A stretch of 53,629 bases of DNA from positions 1 through 53,629 of the IMG/VR virus record IMGVR_UViG_3300033741_000039; one strand, written 5' to 3'. The notes under the pieces are model-generated. The model did not search any database, was not told the origin of the DNA, and saw nothing but the letters and a program-made list of their open reading frames with translations. This document shows, piece after piece, positions 8,384-16,982 of this stretch (the stretch's first letter is position 1; each line of letters starts with the position of its first letter). The translations under genes and the position numbers were made by a program. The stretch comes from a virus. Lineage: Duplodnaviria > Caudoviricetes.

Positions 8384-8632
8384 CTACCTCCCTCTGCCCC
8401 GGCGGGCCTCGTCCTTGACCCGCAGCACGTGCGGGTTGGTGAAGTTGTGCGTCAGCCCGAGCGCCTTGGATATGTCCACGGTGCTCGCGTAGTGCGGATG
8501 ACCGATGGCGAGCCGGATGAAGGCCACCACTCGGTCAGGTATCTTGGTCGGCCCCGCGCCCACCTCGCGCCATATCTCCTCGACCACCTCAGGTGGCAGG
8601 GCTGGCGGAATGTTGACAGCGTTGGTCATCAC
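8384..8632 (-). CDS. Hypothetical protein (possible HTH)
   Basis: STVDISKALGLTH helix-turn-helix-like segment. Confidence 0.55.
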   Translation of the reverse strand: MMTNAVNIPPALPPEVVEEIWREVGAGPTKIPDRVVAFIRLAIGHPHYASTVDISKALGLTHNFTNPHVLRVKDEARRGRGR

Positions 8633-8919
8633 CTGCCCTCCTCAATGTCCCTCATCATTCCCAGGAACTGGTCCATCGGGATTGTGCGTGTCTTGCTGGT
8701 GGGGTCCAGGGCGGGCGGGCTGAAGTCCTGCGTAGTCAGGTCACGAACCTGCCACTTCATCTTCAGCTCGAGCAGCGCCGCAGCCCGCGCCCGCGCCAGC
8801 ATGGCCGGGATCAGGCTGGTCAGTGTGTACTCCGCCCGCCCTATCACCTCGCCTGACTCGTCGTCGATCCATGAGACCGTTCGCTTGGCGGGGAACTCTG
8901 TCATCTGTTGTTCGGTCAT
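8629..8919 (-). CDS. Hypothetical protein
   Basis: RBS and coupling. Confidence 0.6.
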   Translation of the reverse strand: MTEQQMTEFPAKRTVSWIDDESGEVIGRAEYTLTSLIPAMLARARAAALLELKMKWQVRDLTTQDFSPPALDPTSKTRTIPMDQFLGMMRDIEEGR

Positions 8920-8970
8920 CTCTCGTCTCCCTTGATGTGGGGCCAGCCGGAGCTGACCCCTCTGCGCGGC

Positions 8971-9420
8971 CTAGTTGACCTTGCGGATGACGCCTGTGCG
9001 GATCAGTGTGTCGCGCATGGTCCTGTCGCCGTACACCATGTGAGACAGGGCGATCTGCGCGGCCTTGCTCTTGCCGTGGATGGGCACCAGTACCGCCTCC
9101 AGCGCCGCTGCCTCAAGCAGGACGTTGCAGGTGTGTGCCGAGTAGGGGATGCCGAAAGCAACACGGCCACAGCTGTCATTCGCCATAGACGAGATTGAGG
9201 CGAACGCACCGAACGTGAATTTCGGGGTGTCTACGCTGACGTTGGTGTTCTGCGTAGGTGCCGAGATTGCGGCTGCGCCTGCGGCTGCGCCTGCAGACGC
9301 CTTGGCCTGCGCGCCGGAGACGGCTACGGCTGTGTTCCGGTCTCCTCCGTCGCGCCCGCCTGCTGAGGCGGATGCCGTCATGGCGATCAGGATTGCTGCG
9401 CTGATGATATAGTTCTTCAT
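8971..9420 (-). CDS. Putative secreted protein
   Basis: Signal peptide MKNYIISAAILIAMTASASA; Ala-rich segment; two Cys. Confidence 0.75.
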   Translation of the reverse strand: MKNYIISAAILIAMTASASAGGRDGGDRNTAVAVSGAQAKASAGAAAGAAAISAPTQNTNVSVDTPKFTFGAFASISSMANDSCGRVAFGIPYSAHTCNVLLEAAALEAVLVPIHGKSKAAQIALSHMVYGDRTMRDTLIRTGVIRKVN

Positions 9421-9446
9421 GTCAGTTCTCTCTTCTTGTTGATGGT

Positions 9447-9557
9447 TCAGGTTAGGCAGGCGATCAGGGCACCAGCGACGACAAATGCCCAGAAGGCGAT
9501 TACTGCCAGTGCGATGCGCCCAAGCATGACCTCTGGGGTGGTGTCTCTGTCGTCCAT
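9447..9557 (-). CDS. Small single-TM peptide (36 aa)
   Basis: Hand translation MDDRDTTPEVMLGRIALAVIAFWAFVVAGALIACLT; AGGAG RBS. Confidence 0.6.
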   Translation of the reverse strand: MDDRDTTPEVMLGRIALAVIAFWAFVVAGALIACLT

Positions 9558-9611
9558 GTCCGTCTCTCCTGTGTTCAGTGGGATCAGTCTACGCGCCCAG
9601 CGGGCCGGACG

Positions 9612-10655
9612 CTAGAACTCCCATCCGGCGTCGCTGACAGCGGTCACTATGTCATCGGCTGCCCTGTGGCATATCTCACAGTCAGTTGCTGACAGTGCGC
9701 TCACCGCCTTGAGCCATGACCCGATGGGTAGGGAGACATCCGCCACAGTCTCCTCAGTCACCTCCTCGGTGTAGGTCGCACTGGTGTAGTAGCTCAGCAT
9801 CCTGCCGAACACGAAGCTGCCCGCAGCCTTGGCCTGCCCGATGGCCCCGATCAGCCCCCCGCTCCTCGGAGCGTACAGGTCCCAGTCCAGCCCCATCTCG
9901 TAGAAGCGATCATCCTCCTCGACGCTGAGCAGCACGTCGGTGATCTCGGAGCAGCTTGCGCTACCAATGTCCGTCAGGATGCGTATCCCGTCGGAGTGGG
10001 GATACTTGCTGGTGCGGTCCTCGGTCAGGTCGACCCCTGTCTTCATCTCGTAGGTGAAGAGGCTGGGGTGCGGGAGGTCGGTGACCCTGAGCCCCTTGAA
10101 GAACACGTAGTCGGAGCGCCCAGCATACACGCGACAGTGCGTGCCCTCGTGAACGAGGCGGGCGCTCTCACGGTCCAGGAAGATGGAACCAAGGTCGCCG
10201 TATGCCTCCTCGAACTCGGCGCAGTCCACCGCTATGACTGTGTTGCCACCACCAGCATACTCTGTTGGTTCTCCCCTGTCGATGAAGCTCCGCCCCGCCT
10301 CGTCGCGACAGTTGGCCTCTATCTCGCGTACTGCCTGCCACGCCTCCCACTTGCGGGCCAGCTCGGTGGTGAACGGCAGGCGCTCGGAGCGCCACCGCTG
10401 CGGCCAGCGCCGCTGACGCATCCTGCACCAGTCGAAGTCCTTCCCTCGGAACTCCCTCGTCTGCGTGTAGAACTCGTACTCCACATCGTCGCGGAACACG
10501 CGGATGGTGCCCCCGAGGCGGAGGATAACAGCGATGGCCATCTTCAGGCCTGTGCCGAACTCACCAATGGGGTTGTCCCCGACCTTGGCTGACACCCCGA
10601 ACGAGGTGAACGCCTCCATCGGCACCAGCCCGTCGTTCACGAATACAACAGTCAT
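9612..10655 (-). CDS. GHKL/HATPase-like ATPase domain protein
   Basis: NDG..FGVSAK..IGEFGTGLKMAIAVILRLGG..AVREIEANCRDE. Confidence 0.7.
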   Translation of the reverse strand: MTVVFVNDGLVPMEAFTSFGVSAKVGDNPIGEFGTGLKMAIAVILRLGGTIRVFRDDVEYEFYTQTREFRGKDFDWCRMRQRRWPQRWRSERLPFTTELARKWEAWQAVREIEANCRDEAGRSFIDRGEPTEYAGGGNTVIAVDCAEFEEAYGDLGSIFLDRESARLVHEGTHCRVYAGRSDYVFFKGLRVTDLPHPSLFTYEMKTGVDLTEDRTSKYPHSDGIRILTDIGSASCSEITDVLLSVEEDDRFYEMGLDWDLYAPRSGGLIGAIGQAKAAGSFVFGRMLSYYTSATYTEEVTEETVADVSLPIGSWLKAVSALSATDCEICHRAADDIVTAVSDAGWEF

Positions 10656-10903
10656 GTCTTCACCTTGAGGAACCTGCCCTCACGCTGGAAGTCGCGGATT
10701 GTGTGGTGGTAGGTGAACCCGTCCTCCTCACCAACGCGCACATACGCCAGCAGCCACAGACCCCGCTCGCTGTCCACGCCGAACCCAGTGACATGGTACA
10801 GGTGTCCAGTCTTCGGATGGAAGTACTCCTGCCCGACATACTCGCTGGGCTTCGCGTCCCCGTTGTTGTCCGAGTGCCACGATGCGGTCATTCTCTTGGT
10901 CAT
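10652..10903 (-). CDS. Hypothetical protein (DUF1653-like)
   Basis: YFHPKTGHLYHV..LAY..F..GRF pattern. Confidence 0.55.
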   Translation of the reverse strand: MTKRMTASWHSDNNGDAKPSEYVGQEYFHPKTGHLYHVTGFGVDSERGLWLLAYVRVGEEDGFTYHHTIRDFQREGRFLKVKT

Positions 10904-10915
10904 GTCTCATCTCCT

Positions 10916-11128
10916 CTATCTCTTGCCATATTCTACCCTCGGATCGACCGTGGCGCTAGGTCGGAACTCGCCACAGCAGGGAGTGTGGTGCTGCACCTGT
11001 GGGTAGTTGGTGAAGTAGTCGTAGCGCCAGTTCTGGTTGTCGATCAGTACAGGGGTGGTGACTGGTGGCAGTCGCCTGCACTCCCCGTCAGCCATGTACT
11101 CGCAGTTCCCACAGTGGTCGCGTCTCAT
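10916..11128 (-). CDS. Small Cys-rich protein
   Basis: CGNCEY..GECRRLPP..YPQV..CCGEF; ATGA overlap with the polymerase stop. Confidence 0.65.
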   Translation of the reverse strand: MRRDHCGNCEYMADGECRRLPPVTTPVLIDNQNWRYDYFTNYPQVQHHTPCCGEFRPSATVDPRVEYGKR

Positions 11129-13128
11129 GCCGCTCTCCTCATCTCGTCCCATGCCTCATCCCAGGACGCGCCGTAGCCATCGTCCTTACTTGCTGCGGCC
11201 CTGCCCCAGTTGGTGCCGAACTCAGCGTCCACCATCACTGGAACCTCCAGCTGCACCGTGTCGCGCATTATGGCCTGCGCCCGCTCCGCGTCGGCCCGGT
11301 CGTCGAACTCAAAGTCAAGCTCGTCGTGCATCTGCAGCAGGGGCAGCAGGCCCTCACGCCAGCACTCCCGCATGCACATCTTGGTCTGCCGTGCCGCACT
11401 GCCCTGGATCAGGGAGTTCATGGACTTGTGAGTGCCCGAGCGCCGCAGCCTCTTGCCGTACCACGGATGCTCCGGGTCCCTGATGCGCCGCTGCGCCTCG
11501 TCCATGTCACAGGCAGCAACGAACTCTCCGTCCTGCCAGCTAGGCTCCCACCGCTCGTACCTCGACCGCGCCCCGTCGAGCAGCTTGATGTACCCCTTGA
11601 AGTTGGCTCGGTTCTTGGTGAACTCAGATAGGCCCTTCACGAAGGGAAGCTTCTCGTCGTACTGTGACATGACCGACAGCGCCTCCTCCAGGACCATCCC
11701 TGTCATCAGAGCGAACTTTGGGCCACCCGCGCCGAACGCCTTGGCAAAGTTCACGTCCTTGGCCCTCCTACGCGGCAGCTGGGTCAGCTCCGCTGCCAGG
11801 TCGTGGAAGTCGGTCTTGGGGTTCTCGCGGTACATGCGCACCGCCTCCTCAACACCCGCGATCTTGCACAGGTACGCGAAGTGGACGATGAGCCGGAACT
11901 CCTGCTGGGAGTAGTCGAGCGCGCCCCATATCTTGCCCTCCGATGGAAGGAACAGGCCCCGGATCAGCTTCTTGATCATGTCGTTACGTGAGGGCATCTG
12001 CTGCAGGGGCGGGTCCGAGTAGGCCATGCGCGTCGTTCGGGTTCCACCGCTGTCGCTCTTGGTCTGGTGTATCTCGGAGTGTATCCGTCCCATGTGCATG
12101 AAGCCCATGATGTAGTTGCCTACGAACTTCTCCCCCGCATCGTGCATCTTCCGAGCGCCCACCAGCATCTCAGGTAGCCAGTGGTCGAGCTTCTCAATCT
12201 CCTCCGTCTTGAAGGACGGGTTGTTCTTGGATGTGCGGGGAACGGGGAGGTTCTCCGCCTTGAATATCCCCTCAAGGAACTTGGGTGAGTTAACGTCCCC
12301 TATCTCGATGGGCCTGCCTATCTGCAGCTTGTCGCTGAGCATGGACAGGTGCATGTTGCGCTGCTGGAGCAGGCGGCTGCGCACCTGCGGCGCGCGGTCC
12401 TCGTCGATGCGGACGCCCCGGCGGCGCATGGCTATGATCATAGGGACGAGGTCGGTCTCCAGGATGTACGCCTCGGTGCAGCCCTGTGCCTCCAGCATCG
12501 GGTGCAGCTTCCGCCAGAGGGCCAGCGTGGCCACCGCGTCCTGTGTCGCGTAGGGTCCGACGTACTTGCCGGGCATCCGCCACATCTCGGACTTGGGGTC
12601 GCATCCAAGAGCCTCTGCAGCCTCTCTCAGAAGGCGCTCGTCCTTACCCTGTACCCCGCGCCTCCTGCAGACGTCGTCCAGATTGTAGGTCAGCTGGTTC
12701 TCGTCCAGAATGAACTCCAGGATCATGGTGTCCTCGAGTCTCTCCGGGCAGACCACGTCTCTCTGGTGTGTCAGCCACCCGAGGTCGTACACAGAGCGGT
12801 GGTAGATGCACCGCTTGGTCCGGTGCAGCCTGTCGATCCACGCCAGCACAGCGCCCTCGTCCATGCACTCGGTGTCTGGGTGTCGCACGGGAATGTAGCC
12901 GGACAGACCGCTGTCGGTCGCGTAGGACACACCCGCTATCCATCCAGCCTTGTAAACCCATCCTGGCCCCTTCTTGTTCTTCAGACCGTCATCCTTGGTC
13001 TCGATGTCGAGGGCCACCACGTCGCAGCCGGAGAGGTCCGGGGGGCTCGTTGGAGCCACCCAGTCCGACACAGGCAGCATGAACCCCATGGGCTGCTGCC
13101 TGTGGTCCCTGTTCTTCTTAGCGGCCAT
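11125..13128 (-). CDS. polA: Family A DNA polymerase with 3'-5' exonuclease
   Basis: LDIET exo motif; motif A LDYSQQEFR; motif B RRRAKDVNFAKAFG; NSLIQGSAA; motif C QMHDEL. Confidence 0.95.
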   Translation of the reverse strand: MAAKKNRDHRQQPMGFMLPVSDWVAPTSPPDLSGCDVVALDIETKDDGLKNKKGPGWVYKAGWIAGVSYATDSGLSGYIPVRHPDTECMDEGAVLAWIDRLHRTKRCIYHRSVYDLGWLTHQRDVVCPERLEDTMILEFILDENQLTYNLDDVCRRRGVQGKDERLLREAAEALGCDPKSEMWRMPGKYVGPYATQDAVATLALWRKLHPMLEAQGCTEAYILETDLVPMIIAMRRRGVRIDEDRAPQVRSRLLQQRNMHLSMLSDKLQIGRPIEIGDVNSPKFLEGIFKAENLPVPRTSKNNPSFKTEEIEKLDHWLPEMLVGARKMHDAGEKFVGNYIMGFMHMGRIHSEIHQTKSDSGGTRTTRMAYSDPPLQQMPSRNDMIKKLIRGLFLPSEGKIWGALDYSQQEFRLIVHFAYLCKIAGVEEAVRMYRENPKTDFHDLAAELTQLPRRRAKDVNFAKAFGAGGPKFALMTGMVLEEALSVMSQYDEKLPFVKGLSEFTKNRANFKGYIKLLDGARSRYERWEPSWQDGEFVAACDMDEAQRRIRDPEHPWYGKRLRRSGTHKSMNSLIQGSAARQTKMCMRECWREGLLPLLQMHDELDFEFDDRADAERAQAIMRDTVQLEVPVMVDAEFGTNWGRAAASKDDGYGASWDEAWDEMRRAA

Positions 13129-13732
13129 ATTCTTCAGTGTACCCGTCGAGCATGCAGCGCCACCCGTCCTCCTCCATCTGCTCCTTGTAGATGCGGCTCC
13201 AGTGGAGGCCCTTCATACTCCCAGATGGGATGATGACGTTCCGGACTGCCTCGAACTCCGCGTGGGTCGCGCGCCGGGGCGCGGTCGCGCTGAGAGGCTG
13301 GACAATCTTGACGTTCTGCAGGTTGGGTTGGCTTGGTGGGCGCACAGTTGAGGTCAGACTGCCATTCAGGTCGAGCGTGATAGTGATCCCCTCGCGATGC
13401 TGTCGGATGATCTCGCTCTCGACCAGCAGCAGGTAGCGCCGAAGGTCTCGGATGTCGTCGATGATACCTTCCTCGCGGCCATCGACGATCGCTGCAGTCA
13501 CTATGTCCCACGGCGCGACCCGGTGGGCCTCGGTGGAGCCGTTCGCTCGTGTGGGGTCGTCTGTATGTGGTGCGAGCGCTGTCTCCAGTCGGTCCCACTT
13601 GCGGGCCAGCATCATGAACGCTCCGACGCCACCCCGGCGCAGCCAGGAGGCCCCGTACTCAATGTCCTTGCGGGTGACCTCCTTCACGTCGGTGTCAGCC
13701 ACAGTCTTGATGTGCTCTCTGTATCCGGTCAT
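13118..13732 (-). CDS. Nucleotide-modification-associated domain 1 (Nmad1/DUF1599, MazG-like alpha-helical) protein
   Basis: RKDIEYGASW..GGVG..ARKWDRL..EGIIDDIRDLRRY. Confidence 0.7.
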   Translation of the reverse strand: MTGYREHIKTVADTDVKEVTRKDIEYGASWLRRGGVGAFMMLARKWDRLETALAPHTDDPTRANGSTEAHRVAPWDIVTAAIVDGREEGIIDDIRDLRRYLLLVESEIIRQHREGITITLDLNGSLTSTVRPPSQPNLQNVKIVQPLSATAPRRATHAEFEAVRNVIIPSGSMKGLHWSRIYKEQMEEDGWRCMLDGYTEEYGR

Positions 13733-14247
13733 GATCTGTACTCACTCTCCTTGCTGTTCACCCACTCGATTGCGGGAATGGTCCACAGGCCCTCAGGGGC
13801 CACGGTGAGGAGCCGTGACAGCTCCTCCCTTGTTCTCTCCTCGATCATCTCGGCGTAGCGGTTGCCCATGTCGACCTCGGTCATCCCGAACTCCCACATC
13901 TCGGCCACGTCGCAGAACTTGACCCGCCAGCGGTCGGCCTCGGGTAGCCTCGGGGACACCCTCCCCCGTATCCGCATCTCTGCCTCCGGCTCCAGCCCAG
14001 TGTAGATGGTCTTGAGGACTGGGTTGTCCCTCTTCAGGGGGAACGGGGGATCACCCAGTATGAGCTCAGTCGTGTCGTGGTGGAGCATGAACTCGGTGAC
14101 CTCCGGCGCTGGCGCGCCGAATATCTCGATGAAGATGCGCATGACCTGCCACGTGTGCTCACCGTTGGACTGAGTGTGCAGGGTGGGCCATGTGGCGTAT
14201 CGCTGCACCTGACCCGCTAGGCGGGCGCTGGTTGATGGGTCTATCAC
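13729..14247 (-). CDS. HD-domain phosphohydrolase (YfbR-like deoxynucleotidase)
   Basis: VQRY..QSNGEHT..LHHDTTELILGDPPFPLK..KFCD; GTG start overlapping the upstream stop. Confidence 0.85.
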   Translation of the reverse strand: MIDPSTSARLAGQVQRYATWPTLHTQSNGEHTWQVMRIFIEIFGAPAPEVTEFMLHHDTTELILGDPPFPLKRDNPVLKTIYTGLEPEAEMRIRGRVSPRLPEADRWRVKFCDVAEMWEFGMTEVDMGNRYAEMIEERTREELSRLLTVAPEGLWTIPAIEWVNSKESEYRS

Positions 14248-15248
14248 AGCCTGCGCTCCATCCACTCGACACAGGCCATGCGCCAGTCGCTCGCGGCGAT
14301 GCTGTCCCGAGCCCTCGCTACCGCCTCCTGTCGCTCGCCCGAGCGCCACAGGTTGTGGACATTCCACATGGGCTTGGCAACCTCTCCGAAGAATGTGTTC
14401 CCGTAGTCCCAGAAATGGTTGGGGTCCTGCATGAACAGACCAAGGTCGTGGTCCCACTCCGATGGCTTGTTCATGATGGGGTGGTAGGTGACGTCGCCGC
14501 TCTCGTACAGGCAGCGGTTGTTGGGAATACCTACAGCCTGCAGCGTGTCGTTGTAGGCATGCCAGTTGTTGCTGAGCTGGTACATGGTGCCCACCTCAAC
14601 GCCGATGCGGCCCGCCATGTACTCCTGCAGGAAGCTGAAGTGCACCGCGTTCGCCCCTGTCGCGCCCCAGATGATGTCGTTCGAGCGGCAGCAGATGGTG
14701 AGGTCGAGCACCATGGACGGACCCTTGCCAGGTTGGTCGCGCCCGGTGATGCGAGGGTAGATGTGAGTGTTGCAGGGTACGTCGTTGACACTCGCGTCGA
14801 GGTCACGCTCGGGGGACCACATCGCCAGGACTGCGCGTCGGTCCAGGTGGTTCTTGCGCAGCAGCCTGATGACCATCTCGAGCTGGTCAAACCAGTCCAC
14901 ATCGGTGGTGGACCACCAGTTCTTCCAGCGATCACCATAGGCTCCGTGGCAGATGCCGTTGCTCTCAGCAAACCTCTCTGAGAAGTTCCCGACGAAGCGG
15001 TCCAGCCAGCGGGCGTCGTTCATGCCGTTCAGCATCCACAGGCACTCGAAGAAGTGGAAGAACGGGTTGGCGTCCCGGCCCACGTCCAGCAGAACCCGCT
15101 CCTGAGGACGGGTGGTCACGGTCAGCACTGGGTTGTTGGCCACCAGCACTCCACCGTTGCGGCTGTCGGACGTTAGACCGACCTCCCTGATCTTCCTGAC
15201 CGACTCTCTGTAGGTCGAGTTGACGTTTCTTCCCTCGACAGTGTACAT
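14244..15248 (-). CDS. Thymidylate-synthase-family enzyme, probable dUMP hydroxymethylase
   Basis: SRNG, NPFFHFFECLWML, GAYG.RW, DRRAV, catalytic DVPCN, CRSNDIIWGATGAN (Asn at the dUMP-specificity position), NWHAY. Confidence 0.85.
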   Translation of the reverse strand: MYTVEGRNVNSTYRESVRKIREVGLTSDSRNGGVLVANNPVLTVTTRPQERVLLDVGRDANPFFHFFECLWMLNGMNDARWLDRFVGNFSERFAESNGICHGAYGDRWKNWWSTTDVDWFDQLEMVIRLLRKNHLDRRAVLAMWSPERDLDASVNDVPCNTHIYPRITGRDQPGKGPSMVLDLTICCRSNDIIWGATGANAVHFSFLQEYMAGRIGVEVGTMYQLSNNWHAYNDTLQAVGIPNNRCLYESGDVTYHPIMNKPSEWDHDLGLFMQDPNHFWDYGNTFFGEVAKPMWNVHNLWRSGERQEAVARARDSIAASDWRMACVEWMERRL

Positions 15249-16072
15249 TACGATCTCCCCTCTGCTAGCGCCCGCTTCCAGTAGGCAGTGAACTCAGTGC
15301 GCTCACCAGCCATGGCTCCGGACTTGTTTGTCTTCATGCGCTTCCGGACGAGGCCGGGGTGCAGCTGGCACAGCAGCTCCGCAGTGTCGTCCAGCTGCTT
15401 CGCGTCCCGTGTCCCCTCCAGACCACCAGGAGCGTCAGCGGACCGCTGCCCCTGCGCCCAGTGATAGGTGACAAGGTTGGGGAGGCCCTGACGCAGGAGC
15501 TGGAGGGTCATGTCGACGTCCTCACGCCCCTCAACCTCGCGACGGAACTTGATGCCAAGAGCCTTCAGCTTTGGAACACTGTACCCCACCATTCGGATGC
15601 CTCGGGTGGCCTCGACCTCCGCGCCAATGCCCGGCGTCCGGTTGTTGCCCTCACGCATGGACACGGCTGCATGGGCGTAGGTGTCCAGGGTGTCCTCGAA
15701 CCAGCTCATCAGTCCCAGCCAGTCGCTGTCGTCGCAGGGGCGCAGCTTGTAGTCCCAGCCCGGATCGTCGGCTGGAACCTTGCCCCGCACGATGAAGTGC
15801 AGGTCGTCGTCGAGCATGACGATCTTCCTCTCATCGCCCAGCCAGGCCCAGTCCAGTGTCCAGTTGCGGGTGTCGGCAATGCCGTTGACCTCGCCCTCGG
15901 GGATTTTGACGATCACGTCGTTGCTGCGACCGAGGCGGACCAGCATGTTGTTGTACGACTCAGCCTCCTCCTCGCGCACCACGAGGTGCAGCGGGAACTC
16001 CTTCGGGACGTGCTCGAAGGTCTGGGCCTCTCCGTTGGAGTGGCGTCGGTATGTTGGTACAATCACAAGCAT
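15248..16072 (-). CDS. GT-A DNA glycosyltransferase (TAGT/GREB1/JGT-like)
   Basis: IVPTYRR, LVVREEE..Y, GIADTRN, MLDDDL, EDVDMTLQLLRQG, APGG. Confidence 0.82.
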   Translation of the reverse strand: MLVIVPTYRRHSNGEAQTFEHVPKEFPLHLVVREEEAESYNNMLVRLGRSNDVIVKIPEGEVNGIADTRNWTLDWAWLGDERKIVMLDDDLHFIVRGKVPADDPGWDYKLRPCDDSDWLGLMSWFEDTLDTYAHAAVSMREGNNRTPGIGAEVEATRGIRMVGYSVPKLKALGIKFRREVEGREDVDMTLQLLRQGLPNLVTYHWAQGQRSADAPGGLEGTRDAKQLDDTAELLCQLHPGLVRKRMKTNKSGAMAGERTEFTAYWKRALAEGRS

Positions 16073-16968
16073 CTGTTGATTCCTTCCTTCAGTGATACAT
16101 ACTTCTGAGGCCCGATGAGGCTCTCAAGCTTCTCAGTCATTGGTTGGCGCCACTGCGGGTCATCCTCACGCGCCTCCACGTACTCTACGCGCCCACCCGT
16201 CCGCTGCGCTATCATGTCAGCTACCTCACTGATGGTTGCCATCTCCCGGTTGCCGATGTTCACGACGGTATTGCCGGGCAGGTCCAGCCCACGTACACTG
16301 TTGATCATCCGGACGGTGTCGTCGATGTAGCAGAAGGAGCGGGTCTGCTGTCCAGAGCCATGGACCTGCAGCGGGAGTCCCTGCGCCGCCCGGTCGGCAA
16401 ACGTGTTGATCACACGCCCGTCCAGGGGCATGTCCGGCCCGTAGGTGTTGAAGATGCGCAGGGTGCTGATGCTCATGTCGGGCCTGTCCAGGGCCATCTG
16501 GTGGGTCATCGCCTCCATCATGCGCTTGCTCTCGTCGTACACACCCCGGACCGAGCAGGTCTTCACAGACCCAGTGTTGTCCTCGCTCATGTACGACTGG
16601 GTGGTGCCGTAGACCTCACTCGACGAGGCCACCAGCAGCCTCCCCCCGCTCATGACAAGAGGGGCCACAGCCACCAGCCCGCCGACGTTGGCGCGGATGA
16701 TGCTCTCCCAGTCCCGGAACACGTCCGGAGAGGCGGGGGAGGATAGGTGCCACACCTCGTCGAACTCGGGTGCATCAGGGAAGTAGTCCCGGATGCTGGT
16801 GACGTTGGACCGGATCAGCTCAGCGCTGGTGCCGCTGAGGTTCTGCTGCCTCCCTGTGCTGAGGTCGTCGACGACCCAGAAGTCTGTCTCTGGCTCGCTG
16901 GCTGTGACCGCCCGTATGAGGGCGGAGCCTATGAAGCCTGCTCCGCCCGTTACCAGTATCTCTCGCAT
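16063..16968 (-). CDS. NAD-dependent SDR, UDP-glucuronate decarboxylase (UDP-xylose synthase)-like
   Basis: TGGAGFIG, HLSSPASP, ASSSEVYG, YDESKR, RIFNTYGP..DGRV, GSGQQTRSFCYIDD, DDPQWRQP; AGGAG RBS before ATG 16968. Confidence 0.85.
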   Translation of the reverse strand: MREILVTGGAGFIGSALIRAVTASEPETDFWVVDDLSTGRQQNLSGTSAELIRSNVTSIRDYFPDAPEFDEVWHLSSPASPDVFRDWESIIRANVGGLVAVAPLVMSGGRLLVASSSEVYGTTQSYMSEDNTGSVKTCSVRGVYDESKRMMEAMTHQMALDRPDMSISTLRIFNTYGPDMPLDGRVINTFADRAAQGLPLQVHGSGQQTRSFCYIDDTVRMINSVRGLDLPGNTVVNIGNREMATISEVADMIAQRTGGRVEYVEAREDDPQWRQPMTEKLESLIGPQKYVSLKEGINRCL

Positions 16969-16982
16969 GTGTGTCTCCTGAT

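Noticed and set aside
14244-15248. dCMP hydroxymethylase (T4-like hmC pathway) or ordinary ThyA
   Set aside because: Asn rather than Asp at the specificity position, plus linkage to an hmdU-kinase-family gene, favours dUMP hydroxymethylase; plain ThyA activity cannot be fully excluded without an assay
15248-16968. GT + SDR as a host LPS/serotype-conversion or capsid-glycosylation cassette
   Set aside because: No membrane or flippase components, the GT looks like the DNA-acting TAGT type, and it is coupled to the TS-like gene; kept only as a lower-probability alternative
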